A stretch of 64,000 bases of DNA, from contig NC_083422.1 of assembly GCF_020745735.1 (NCBI RefSeq), forward strand, positions 18,910,001 through 18,974,000, written 5' to 3'. The stretch is from Hemiscyllium ocellatum (Eukaryota). Numbering within the stretch: the stretch's first letter is position 1; every line of letters starts with the position of its first letter. Position numbers and translations under genes: made by a program. The notes beneath the pieces are model-generated. The model was not told where the DNA came from and searched no databases. It worked only from the letters and a program-made list of their open reading frames with translations. Positions 49,440 through 60,812 of the stretch are shown here, one piece after another.

Positions 49440-51610
49440 AATGCAGCAGTCCATTCAGCCCATTATGCCTGCTCTGCCATTCAATGAAATCATGACTGAT
49501 GTGATAATCCTCAACTCTACTTTCCTGCCTTATCCCTGTAACCCTTGATTCCCTTCCTGATTAAAAATCTATCCATCTCTGCCTTTAATCTACTTAACAA
49601 ACAAGCGTCTCCAGCCCCCTGCAGTAAAGAACTACACAGATTGACTAGCCTCTGACATTAAAAAAAGTCTCCTCATCTCTGGGCAATCAATAAGCAACCC
49701 CTGACTCTGAGGTTATGCCCTCTGGACATAGACTCTCCCCTGCAGGGGGAAACAACTTCTCCACATCTATCCCAATTAAGAACCAAATACAATTCAATAA
49801 GGCCCTCCCTCATTCGTCTTTACCCCAATGAGCACAAGCCCATTTATTCAGCCTCTACTCATGACAAACACCCTCCATACCTGGAATCAACTTAGTGAAC
49901 ATTCTCTACTGCCACCAAATCCTTACTTAGGGGACCAAAACTGTTCGCAAATTCCAGCTGTGGTCTGCCTAAAGCCTTGTATTCGTTTAGACCTCCCCAT
50001 TTTCATAATCCATTTCCTTTGAAGTAAGGGCCAACAGTCTATTTGCTTTCCCTACTACACGCCAAACTTGGAAGCTAGTATTTTGGGATTAATGCACAAT
50101 AGCCCCCAGAGCACTTTGAGCTGTCATTTTCTGCAGTTCCTCCATTGTAACAGCATTCAACTGTTCATGTCAAATTGCATAATCTCACCTTCTGTCACAT
50201 TGTATATCAAGTGCCAATTCTTGCTCACTCACTTAACCTGTCTAGGTCCCTCTGTAGGCTATTGGTGTCACCCATAGTACTTGCCTTCCTATGTATTTTT
50301 ATGTCAACCACAAACTTGACAATAATACATTCACTTTCCTCATCCAAGTCATGAATATATTTTGTAAATAATTGTGGCCCCAGCACTGATCCCTGTTCAA
50401 CTTTAGGTTGTCACCTGAAAATGCCCCTTTTATCCCAAATCTCTGTCTTCCATTAATTATGATGTGAAGCTGCTGGTCTTGGACTGGGGTGGGCCAGATC
50501 AGAAATGACATGACACCAGATTATAGTCCAACAGGTTCATTTGAAATCACAGGATTTTGGAGTGTGGCTCCTTCGTCAGGTGAAGTCAAAGTAAAGTGTC
50601 CATTTAATTCCTTTCCTGGCTCCCTATTATTCTATCCCCCGTTTAATTATCTCAGGGGATTATGTTTCTTTTGTCCTCTCTTTTGTTAATATGTTTTTAA
50701 AAAACTCTGACTGTCCATTTTTATATTAATTGCTAGTTTGCCCTCAGTTTTTTTTTCTCCTTCTTTGTTAATGTTTTGATTACCTTGTATTGAATTTTAA
50801 AACTTGCCCAATCCTCTGATTTATCTTTAATATTGGTACATTGTATGTTTTCTTTCAATTTCACATTATTCTTAACTTCCTTGATTAAAACATGGTTGGT
50901 TTATCCCCTTCCTTTTTCCTCACTGGGATAGGTTTTTGGCGACTCATGAATAATTTTCTTTAATGTCTGCCATTGTTCCACACCTGTCTTTTCTGCCAAA
51001 CCTCTTTCCCTGTCCACTCCAGCCAACTCTGCCCTCTTCCCTCTGTAATTCCCTTTGGAATGCTACATTCTTCCATGTTGTGGTTGTTACTCTTCAGATC
51101 AGTTCGGATGCTGCCTGAACTGCTGTGCTCTTCCAGCACCACTAATCCAGAATCTGGTTTCCAGCATCTGCAGTCATTGTTTTTACCTCATTGATTAACC
51201 CAGCCTCATTACAAATTGCCAGAGCCAAAAGAACCTGTTTCTTTGTTGGATTTATAAGATATTGTTCCAGGAAACTGTCTCGAATATACTCGATGAATTC
51301 CTCTTCATGTCTACCTTTGCCAATTTGATTTTCCCAAACCACACGAAGTTTAAAGTCACAAACGTTTGACGTACTTCTCTTTTTACATGTTCTCTTGTGT
51401 CTTGATTTATTTTCTGTCCTACAGAACAGCTCCAGTTAGAGGGCCGACGGACTTCTCCCACCAGCCCTTTCTCCTCGCTATTTCTTTCCTCCATTGGTAT
51501 GGATTCTCTGTCATTAATCCTAGATCATTCCTTGTTATTTGTAATGATTTCATTTTGTACTACTCCACCACCCTGTCCTTTCCAAAAGTCACATACTCTC
51601 GAATATTTAG
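49440..51610 (-). mobile_element. Degraded CR1-type LINE with nested Penelope-derived pieces (50461-50585, 51105-51190)
   Basis: ORF EEEFIEYIRDSFLEQYLINPTKKQVLLALAICNE (APE domain); RT-like gtcaaccacaaactt and ggccccagcactgatccctg. Confidence 0.7.
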
Positions 51611-51690
51611 TTCCTGTATTGGACTTCTTTAAAGCTGAAAATGTGTTGCTGGAAAAGCGCAGCAGGTCAGGCAGCATCCAAGGAACAGGA

Positions 51691-51728
51691 GAATCGACGT
51701 TTCGGGCATGAGCCCTTCTTCAGGAATG
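51691..51728 (-). ncRNA. Minimal hammerhead ribozyme motif (intact core) in Penelope-derived insertion 51633-51805, sense in FFAR4 intron 2
   Basis: Minus strand CATTC-CTGAAGA-A-GGGC-TCAT-GCCC-GAAA-CGTC^GATTC; predicted cut between 51696 and 51695; TSD ttctttaa at 51625-51632 and 51806-51813. Confidence 0.65.
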
Positions 51729-52266
51729 AGGAGGGTGTGCCAAGCAGGCTAAGATAAAAGGTAGGGAGGAGGGAGTTGGGGGAGGGGCGTTGGAAATGCG
51801 ATAGGTTCTTTAACATCATTTTTTCCGTAACATCTATCAGATCGTACCCATTACCTTCTAGATGGGTCATTTATTTATTTATTTATTTATTCCAATTAAT
51901 GCAGATTTAAGTAAAGAACCATTAATGTTGATGTTTTACCATTTTTCCCCCTTTGGCCAATTTGTTGCGGTAGCAATGGAAATACAAACCTTTTTTTGCG
52001 GGGAGCGGGATGCAGAAAGCTCAGCATTTGTTTGGGCCTGATGGAAAACTAGGAATTACCGCAATGACTTTATCACCTCATGTAATGTGACTACTACACC
52101 ACTGAATTCTAAGGTCCGGTGTAATTATATTTCTTTCACGCTCATGAAAAAAATTCAACGTTGGAACCGACAGTCATTAAAATGAACCAGTGTTACAACA
52201 GAAATCTCAGATGTCTAACAATTATCTAAAAGATGACATTAGGACAGTTAAATAAATAGCAGGTAC

Positions 52267-52395
52267 CTTTAATATCTTTGTGTAGCTGATGACAATGATT
52301 AACCCTGGAATGATGAAGATCAATAGGCCATAGATCACATCCCAGCTGATTTCATGCACTGTATTGGGCCACACCAGAGTGCAAATCTGATATTC
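52267..52395 (-). CDS. FFAR4: FFAR4 exon 2 (ECL2 and TM5)
   Basis: aaacag|EYQICTLVWPNTVHEISWDVIYGLLIFIIPGLIIVISYTKILK|gtacct; 129 nt, phase 0; human EISICTLIWPTIPGEISWDVSF...PGLVIVISYSKILQ. Confidence 0.93.
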
Positions 52396-53792
52396 CTGTT
52401 TGAACATCAAAAAAATGCATTGCTTGAAATATGGGTTGATTCCACTATCAGAATGATGAGCTTTAAGATGGAGAAGGATACAAGACTGACTCTTGTTGGA
52501 ATGAAGTCAATCTATTGAAACATTGTGTAACTTATGAAATATAAAATATTACCATTAGACATATGCAACATTCCTTGAGTTCTCCACTTGAAGGCAAGTC
52601 TGACCCAGGGCCTCCAACATGGGTAAGCTAAGTCCCAAACCCACCCCAGCAGAACAGGGTCTGACCCCAGTGATGTTGGCACCAATTTAATCTGCACTCA
52701 TCCAGCCTAACGAACCACTCAACCCTACAAGGACCTTAAATCGCTGTGGCAGCACACACCTACACACACATGTTGTTGCCTATGGATGAGGCTCCAAGAT
52801 GCTTTCCTTCACATTGCTAACAAGGAACCTCTCCTGTTCTTACCACCTGACATTGATATGTATTGGAAGGATTTACCAGCTGTCACTCAACTCTTTTGGC
52901 CAGTTTATGACTTGTTGACCGTCAAATGGGACTTCAACTCATAGCTTCGAGTTCAGAGGTGGGACACTGCCCATCTGAAGCACTGTTTACCTAATATTTT
53001 ATAAAATATAATTAAGAAGCCAATCACATTTAGCTGTTCCTTCACAAATTATATTCTTATATTGTAAAGTATATTTTTGTCTTATCTTCTACAATGCATT
53101 TACTTAAAAGTGAACAGCTTTTTCTATTCCTTATTAATTCCCCCTCACTCAACATAAACCTTTGTTTCAATTTTTGCCTGGCTATTTCTCCCCCTTCATG
53201 GCTGAATTTGCAATTCTTGCCTGAAACTCACCAGCAGAGCAATGCATCTGAAAGATGTTTCCAATCAGCAGTATCTTAATTAGATTTACTAACTGAGTAC
53301 AGAGTGAACTTATTAGCAAGCTGCAATGAATAACTCTCCGTGTCACCACTACAGTCCTTATCAATGAGATGAGAAACCTCAGACAATGGGACACAATATG
53401 GCCACTTCAAAATGGCGAAGAAAACTTTCAACAGCCTAATCACTACCTTTTATGATACTTCCCAATTGTAAATGGCAACATTTGGAAATGCAATCATTTC
53501 TTGCTTTGTTTTGTTTTGCAGGCTTTTAGTTTTGCTCTTTGGCCAATGAATAGACTGATCTTTTTATCTCTTCACACTCAAACTATGAAAGGTTTGCAGC
53601 AGTGAAAATAGCTAATATGATAAAGATTATTTGGCCTATTTTTATCCTTCAAAACAATCTGAAGGTTTAGGCGTTAAGTGTGAATCTTTAGGCAAGTGTG
53701 TGTGATACTAAAACATCAGATTCAAAATCTTTAATTATATAGCTATTCTGTATAAAGCACGTAAATTCAAGAATTGTTCCATCAAAATGGAA

Positions 53793-55250
53793 CCACTGTT
53801 GTTTGTCATTTATGTAAATGATTTGGATGTTAATTTAGGAGGCATGGTTAATAAGTTTGCAGATAACACCAAAATCAATGGTATGGTCAACAGTGAATAA
53901 TGTTATCTAAGATTATAAAGGAATCGTGAATCATTGGGCCAATGTGCTGAGGAGTGGCAAATGGAGTTTAGTTTGGATAAATGTAAGGTATTGTATTTTG
54001 ATAAAATAAACAAGGGTAGGACTTATACAGTTAATGGTAGGGCCCTGGTAGTGTTGTCAAAGAGAGAGGCCATTGGGCTCAGATATGTAATTCATTAGAT
54101 TAGATTAGATTAGATTACTTACAGTGTGGGAACAGGCCCTTCAGCCCAATTCTTTGAAGATTGCATCACAGGTAGACAGGGTGATTAAGATCTAGATTAG
54201 AGTGGTGCTGGAAAAACACAGCAGGTCAGACAGCATCTGAGGAGCAGGAAAATCGATGTTTCGGGCAAAAGCCCTTCATCAGGAATGAGGCAGAGAGCCT
54301 CCAGGGTGGAGAGATAAATGGGGTGGGGGGGTGGGGCTGGGGAGAAGGTAGCTCAGAGTAAATGCAGGGGGATGAAGGTGAGGGTGGAGCGGATAGGCGG
54401 ATAGGTAGGAAGGATGATTGACAGGTGGGACAGGTCATGAGCATGATGCTGAGCTGCAAGGTTGGAACTGGGGTAAGGTGGGGGGAGGGGAAATGAGGAA
54501 ACTGGTGAAGTCCACATTGATGCCCTGGAGTTGAAGTGCTCTGAGGTGGAAGTTGAAGCGTTCTTCTTCCAGGCGTCGGGTGGTGAGGGAGTGGCGGTGA
54601 AGGAGGCCCAGGACCTGCATGTCTTCGGCAGAGTGGGAGGGGGAGCATTTGGTAGGCTTGCCGTCATTGCTCAGGCCATTGAGTAAAGGAGCTGGGATGT
54701 CATGTTGAAATTTACTTGACATTAGTGAGGCCACTTTCGGAGTACTGTGTACAGTTGTGGCCACCTTGCTACAGGAAGGATGTTATTAAATTGGAGAGGA
54801 TTCAGAATCGATTTACAAGGATGTTGTGGAAACTGGAGGGTTTGCATTATAAGGAGAGGCTGGATAGGGTGGGACTTCTTTCACTGGAGCGTAGGAGGTT
54901 GGGTGGTGACCTTGAGGAGCATGGATAAGGTAAATAGCGAAAGTCTTTTCCCCAGGCTTGGGGAGTTCAAACCTTGGCGGCATATTTTTAAGTTGAAAGG
55001 AGAAAGATTTAAAAGAGACTTGAGGGGCAATGTTTCCACACCGTGGGTGGTTTGTGTGTGGAGCGAACTGACAGTGGAAGTGATAGACATAGGAACAGTT
55101 CTAACATTTAGAAGATATTTGGGCAGGTACATGAATAGGGAAGGTTTAAAGGAATATGGGCCAAACGCATGCAAATGGAACCGGTTTGGTTTGGGAAACT
55201 TGATCAGCATGGACGAGTTGGACCAAAGGGTTTATTTTTGTACTGTTTGA
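53793..55250 (+). mobile_element. CR1/HER1 LINE 3' half with nested SINE tail (about 54095-54150) and Penelope fragment (about 54195-54643)
   Basis: aagtttgcagataacaccaaa (KFADNTK), LVRPLSEYCVQLWPPCYRKDVIKLER, CR1 tail; the nested piece encodes RRLEEERFNFHLRALQLQGINVDF (Penelope ORF C-terminus) on the minus strand. Confidence 0.85.
54251..54286 (-). ncRNA. Minimal hammerhead ribozyme motif, sense in FFAR4 intron 1 (helix III G-to-A change)
   Basis: Minus strand ATTC-CTGATGA-A-GGGC-TTTT-GCCC-GAAA-CATC-GATT, directly 3' of a Penelope ORF end. Confidence 0.55.
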
Positions 55251-56029
55251 CCACAGGACAGTTACTTTGCTAGCTGTTGAGGTAGACTGAAGTGGATCAA
55301 ACCCCTGTTACTGATAACCCCATTGGGTTGTGTGTACTGTTTTGTAACTTGGTAACAGCAGTGCTAGCAATAAGTTATATATAATCAAATGAACCAAATG
55401 TCTGTATTTTGGCAGAGCAGAGGTCAGTGTGTATTTAAACACAGGCGGAAAGCTCCGCCCATCGACCTTTCAGTATTCCTGAAGGGCCAACAGTCCTTTC
55501 AACATTTTCACATTAAACATATAAAGAGAGTCAAGCCATCTTGCTATGCTCCATCTTCAAGTTGGGAAACATGGCTTTACTGTCCTGCAGTTCTCCTGCT
55601 AACATCGAAAACTCTGTCAACTCAGCAAGAAGCAGCGATGATTACCTCCCTGTGTCTCCACTTCCAAGTTTCAATCCTTTTCAAAGGATTGTGAACAAAG
55701 CCATGTTACAGGGTCTGAATCAATGCAATTTTTTACATATCAAACACGGCCTTACTACTCTGTGAAGGATCTACAAGGACATGAGCCAAAGGCAGGTACA
55801 TGGAGTGAGGCTATTGATTAGCTGTGACCTCATTGAATGGTGGAACAGGCTTGAGGGGCTGAATGGCCTACTCCTGTTGCTAAGCGACGATGAGGTCGAT
55901 ATAATTGCTCATTGTTGGATTACTGTCTCATTAAAAGACACATATCACAAAGCAGCTATGTTACAGTTGAGTCCTGGAGGGAGGGTGGGTGGTGTCAGGA
56001 TTGGGGATGGGTGGTGCCAGTTCTGGCAG

Positions 56030-59000
56030 GGGTGTAGGGTGAGGCTGTGAGTTCGGGGTGTGGGGGAAGTGAGGGTGTGAGTTCTGGGGCGGGGGGACTG
56101 AGGCTGTGAGGTCAGGGCAAGGGGAGTGAGGGTGTGAGTCCTGGTGTGGGGGGGGAGTGAGGCTGTGAGGTCAGGGCGGGGGGAGTGAGGGTGTGAGTCC
56201 TGGTGTGGGGGGGGAGTGAGGCTGTGAGGTCAGGGCGGGGGGAGTGAGGGTGTGAGTCCTGGGGCAGGGGGAGTGAGGGTGTGAGTTCTGGAATAGGAGG
56301 GAGTGAGGGTGTGAGTTCTGGGGTGGGGGAGAGTGATGCCTTGAGTTCTGTGGTGGGGGGAGTAAGGGTGTGAGTTCTGGGATGTGGGGGAGTGAGGGTG
56401 TGAGCTTTGGGGTGGGGGAGTGAGGGTCTGTGCTCTGGGGTGGTGGGAGTGAAGCTGTGAGTTCTGGATGGGGGGGAGTGAGATTATGAGTTCTGGGGTT
56501 GAGGGGGTTAGGGTGTGAGTTCTAGGGTGGGGGGAGTGAGGGTGTGGTTTCTGGGGTGAGGGGAGTGAGGGTGTGAGTCCTGGGGTGGGGGGAACTGAGG
56601 ATGTGAGTTCTGGAGTGGGGGGAGGGAGGGTGTGAGTTCTGTGGTGGGGGGGAGTGAGGGTGTGAATTCTGGGCCGGGGGGGGGAGTCAGGATGTGAATT
56701 GTGGGGTGGGGGAGTGAGGGTGTGAGTTCTGGGGCGGGAGCAAGTGAGGGTCTGAGTTCTGGGATGGGGGGAGTGAGGGTGTGAGTTCTGGGATGGGGGA
56801 GTGAGGGTGTGAGTTCTGGGGTGGGGGTAGTTAGGGTGTGTGTTCTGGGGTGGGGGGAGTGAGGGTGTGAGTTCTGGGGCGGTAGTATTGAGGGTGTGAG
56901 TTCTGGGGTGGGGGGAGTGAGGGTGTGAGTTCTGGGGCGGGAGGAAGTGAGGGTGTGAGTTCTGGAATAGGAGGGAGTGAGGGTGTGAGTTCTGGGGTGG
57001 GGGAGAGTGATGCCTTGAGTTCTGTGGTGGGGGGAGTAAGGGTGTGAGTTCTGGGGTGGGAGAGTGACGGTGTGAGCACTGGGGCAGGGGGGAGTGAGGG
57101 TGTGAGTTCTGGGGCAGGGGGAGTGAGGGCATGGGTTCTGGGGTGGAGGGAGTGAGGGTGTGCGTTCTGGGGTGGGGGGAGTGAGGGTGTGAGTTCTGTA
57201 GTGGGGGGAGTGAGGGTGTGAGTTCTGGGGTGGGGGAGTGAGGGGGTCAGTTCTGGGGTGGGAGGAAGTGAGGCAGAGTTCAGGGTGGGGGGAGAGACGG
57301 TGTGAGTTCTGGAGTGAGGCGAGTGAGGGTGTGAGATCTGGAGAGGGGGGAGTGAGGCTGTGAGTACTGAGGTGGAGGTGTGAGGGTGTGAGTACTGGGA
57401 TGGGTGGAGTGAGGCTGTGAGTTTGGGGGGGAGAGTGAGGCTGCGTGTTCTGGGGTGGGGGGGCGTGAGGCTATGGGTTCTGGGGTTGGGGGGTGAGGGT
57501 GTGAGTTCTGGGGTGGGGAGAGTGAGGGTGTGAGCTCTGGGGTGGGGGGAGTCAGGGTGTGAGTTCTGGGATGTGGGGGAGTGAGGGTGTGAGCTTTGGG
57601 GTGGGGGAGTGAGGGTCTGTGCTCTGGGGTGGTGGGAGTGAAGCTGTGAGTTCTGGATGGGGGGGAGTGAGATTATGAGTTCTGGGGTTGAGGGGGTTAG
57701 GGTGTGAGTTCTAGGGTGGGGGGAGTGAGGGTGTGGGTTCTGGGGTGAGGGGAGTGAGGGTGTGAGTCCTGGGGTGGGGGGAACTGAGGATGTGAGTTCT
57801 GGAGTGGGGGGAGGGAGGGTGTGAGTTCTGTGGTGGGGGGGAGTGAGGGTGTGAATTCTGGGCCGGGGGGGGGAGTCAGGATGTGAATTGTGGGGTGGGG
57901 GAGTGAGGGTGTGAGTTCTGGGGCGGGAGCAAGTGAGGGTCTGAGTTCTGGGATGGGGGGAGTGAGGGTGTGAGTTCTGGGATGGGGGAGTGAGGGTGTG
58001 AGTTCTGGGGTGGGGGTAGTTAGGGTGTGTGTTCTGGGGTGGGGGGAGTGAGGGTGTGAGTTCTGGGGCGGTAGTATTGAGGGTGTGAGTTCTGGGGTGG
58101 GGGGAGTGAGGGTGTGAGTTCTGGGGCGGGAGGAAGTGAGGGTGTGAGTTCTGAGGTGGGGGGAGTGAGGATGTGAGTTCTGGGGTGGGGGAGAGAGGAT
58201 GTGAGTTCTGGGGTGGGGGAGAGAGGGTGTGAGTTCTGGGGTGGAGTGATTGAGGGTGTGAGTTCTGGGCTGGGAGGGAGTGACTGTGTGAGTTCTCGGG
58301 TGGGGGGAAGTGAGGGTGTGAGTTCTGGGGTGGGAGGAGTGAGGGTGTGAGTTTTGGGGCAGGACGGAGTGAGGCTGTGAGTTCTGGAGTGGGGGGGGAG
58401 TGAGGGTGTGAGTTCTGGAGCGGGGGGAGTGAGGGTGTGAGTTTTGTGGCTGGGGGAGTGAGTGTGTGAGTTCTGTGGCTTTGGGAGTGAGGGTGTGAGT
58501 TCTGGAGCGGGGTGGGGAGTGAGGGTGTGAGTTCTGGGGCGGGGGGAGTGAGGGTATGATTTCTGGGGTGGGGTGGAGTGAGGCTGTGAGTTCTGGGCTG
58601 GGGAGTGAGTGTGTGAGTTCTGGGGTGGGGGGTAGTGAGGGTGTGAGTCCTGGAGTGGGGGGAGTGAGGCTGTGAGTTCTGGGGCTGGGGGAGTGAGTGT
58701 GTGAGTTCTGTGGCGGTGGGAGTGAGGGTGTGAGTTCTGGGGCGGCGGGAGTGAGGGTGTGAGTTCTGGGGTGGGGGAGAGTGAGGGTGTGAATTTTGGG
58801 GTGGGGGGGAGTGAGACTGTGGGTTTGGGGTGGGGGGAGTGAGGCTGTGTGTTTTGGTGTGGGGGGAGTGAGGGTGCAAGTTCTGGGGTGGGGGGAATGA
58901 GGGTGTGAGTTCTGGGGTGGGGGAGTGAGGTATGAGTTCTGGGGTGGGGGGGAATGAGAGTGTGACTTTTGGGTTGTGGGGAGTGAGGGTATGAGTTCTG

Positions 59001-59228
59001 GAGTCAGGGGAGTGAGGGTATGAATTCTGGGGTGGAGGGGGAGTGAGGGTGTGAGTTTTGGGGTGGAGGGAGTGAGGGTGTGAGTTCTGGGGTGGAGGGG
59101 GAATGAGGGTGTGAGTTTTGGGGTGGGGGAGTGAGGGTGTGAGTTTTGTAGTGGGGGGAGTGAGGGTATGAGTTCTGGGATGGGGGAGTGAGGTATGAGT
59201 TCTCGGGTGGGGGTGAGTGATGTGTGAC
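56030..59228. repeat. About 3.2-kb minisatellite array (unit roughly GGGGAGTGAGGGTGTGAGTTCTGGGGT, 28-30 bp) in FFAR4 intron 1
   Basis: About 110 variant copies, G-rich on the plus strand. Confidence 0.97.
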
Positions 59229-59512
59229 TTAACTATTTACACATTAGGAGCATTTAATGTCGAAAATCAACCCTAATCCTTACACAGATGCGATATCAAC
59301 GTTCAGCTTTTGCTTCAGGAAATAAAAGCTTTTCAACATGACCTGTCCGACCAAAGGGCTAATCAATCCATTTGCTACCCAGGCACAATACTCCTGCAAC
59401 AATGGTAAATGTTCCAGGGTTGATCCAGAAACATGCTGAAAATTCAATGGGAATGAATATGACAGAAATCCACTATTAAATTCTGCTTTGTGTTCCATTA
59501 GACTGGTCTTAC

Positions 59513-60052
59513 CTGGTCTTTAAACTGAATGGTCATCACGTGAAAATATATGCAGAGGGGCAGAGATGTGATGGCAGAAAACAGCCAAATCGTTAGTATA
59601 ACTGCCATCACCAACTTGCAATGCAGCGGAGCTTTCAATCGCAGATTGAGAATGGAGATTGATCGCTCAATGCTAATGGCAGCCACAGTGATAATGGCCA
59701 CCTCACCACTTGTGGCCATGACATACAAAAGGGAGCGACACGTATAAGCTCCAAGAGTCCACGATCCAGTCCAGCGAACGACAATGATGATTGGAATGAC
59801 AGCCACAAACGCTATGTCTGCCAGGAAGAGATTCAGCACCAGACACTGGAAATTGATGAGTCTCTTGCCCCTTACAATGAGCACCATCATGCAGGCATTG
59901 GTCAGCAAGGAGATCAGAAAAACCAACACTAGGGCAACTGTCTCGATGGTAGGTATAAGAATATGGTTAGAAGACCTGAATTCAGAAAAATAGGCGAAAA
60001 AGGTTCTGTTCGCCCCGTAGCCTCTGAGTGCTGTGTAGAAGTTAGGTTCCAT
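59513..60052 (-). CDS. FFAR4: FFAR4 exon 1 (N-terminus to TM4)
   Basis: ANRTFFAYFSEF, LVLNLFLAD, VRWTGSWTLG...C, AAISIERS; donor CAG|GTAAGA; 540 nt; with exons 2-3 gives a 360-aa class A GPCR; tail-to-tail with RBP4 as in human. Confidence 0.94.
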
Positions 60053-60083
60053 CCTTGACCTGCTAACCAGTACAATGCGCAGG

Positions 60084-60365
60084 GTTGTACCTGGTACAAC
60101 GTTGTCAAAGTTCTTCGGGTTGGGCCTGAATTAAGTTCAGAAGAGCTGCTTGTTCAACACATCCTTCATCGGAATCTAAACATTTTCAACTGATAGCCAC
60201 CGACACAGAACATTTATCAAAGGCCGTCCCTTCAGGGACTCATAAATGTTATCAGCTCCGCCCCAATGTATTTTTTATTGGATAATGTTGAATGGGTCAG
60301 CTCTTAGACTGTTGCTTTCATACTGACGCCCAAGGAGGAAGTAAAGACTGAAATAATCATAAATT
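60084..60365 (-). promoter_or_regulatory. Putative FFAR4 proximal promoter
   Basis: GC box (60258-60263), CCAAT in both orientations, GATA sites (60191, 60214, 60249), TCF/LEF ATCAAAG (60216), CDX-like CATAAA/TTTATTG, HNF4-like GTCAAAGTTC (60104). Confidence 0.45.
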
Positions 60366-60812
60366 ATGTTGACAACTGGGGAGTAATCCACTGATCATAT
60401 TGATTAAAGATTATTATCCTTTCCCCTACTCTTACACATTTACTTGGAGATTCTCGTTAAAACATAGATAATTAACTCCTACTGAACTTGTATTTATAGT
60501 CAAAACTTCTTTCAGAGTTCATAAAACCACAAACAAAATGTCACCACTTTAATATTTCAAACAGATTATGTGATATAAAGACATGCTGTACATTTTCCAG
60601 CATTTTTCATATTACATTTTCTAGCTATATATACAGATCTTTAGTTAATCTATCGAAGACATGGACTTGTCTTTTTGGTCTTGCTATTGTTCCTATTTAA
60701 GGGTGTTCAAAGGGCTCATAGTTGCTATTGGGCTGTTGTGTGAATGGTATAAAAATCTCCAGCAGGTATAAGCACCTTTAGTAGGATGTCACAACTCCAG
60801 ATACAGATGTTC

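Noticed and set aside
56230-58879. 682-aa and 300-aa Pro-rich minus-strand ORFs
   Set aside because: Translations of the FFAR4 intron 1 minisatellite
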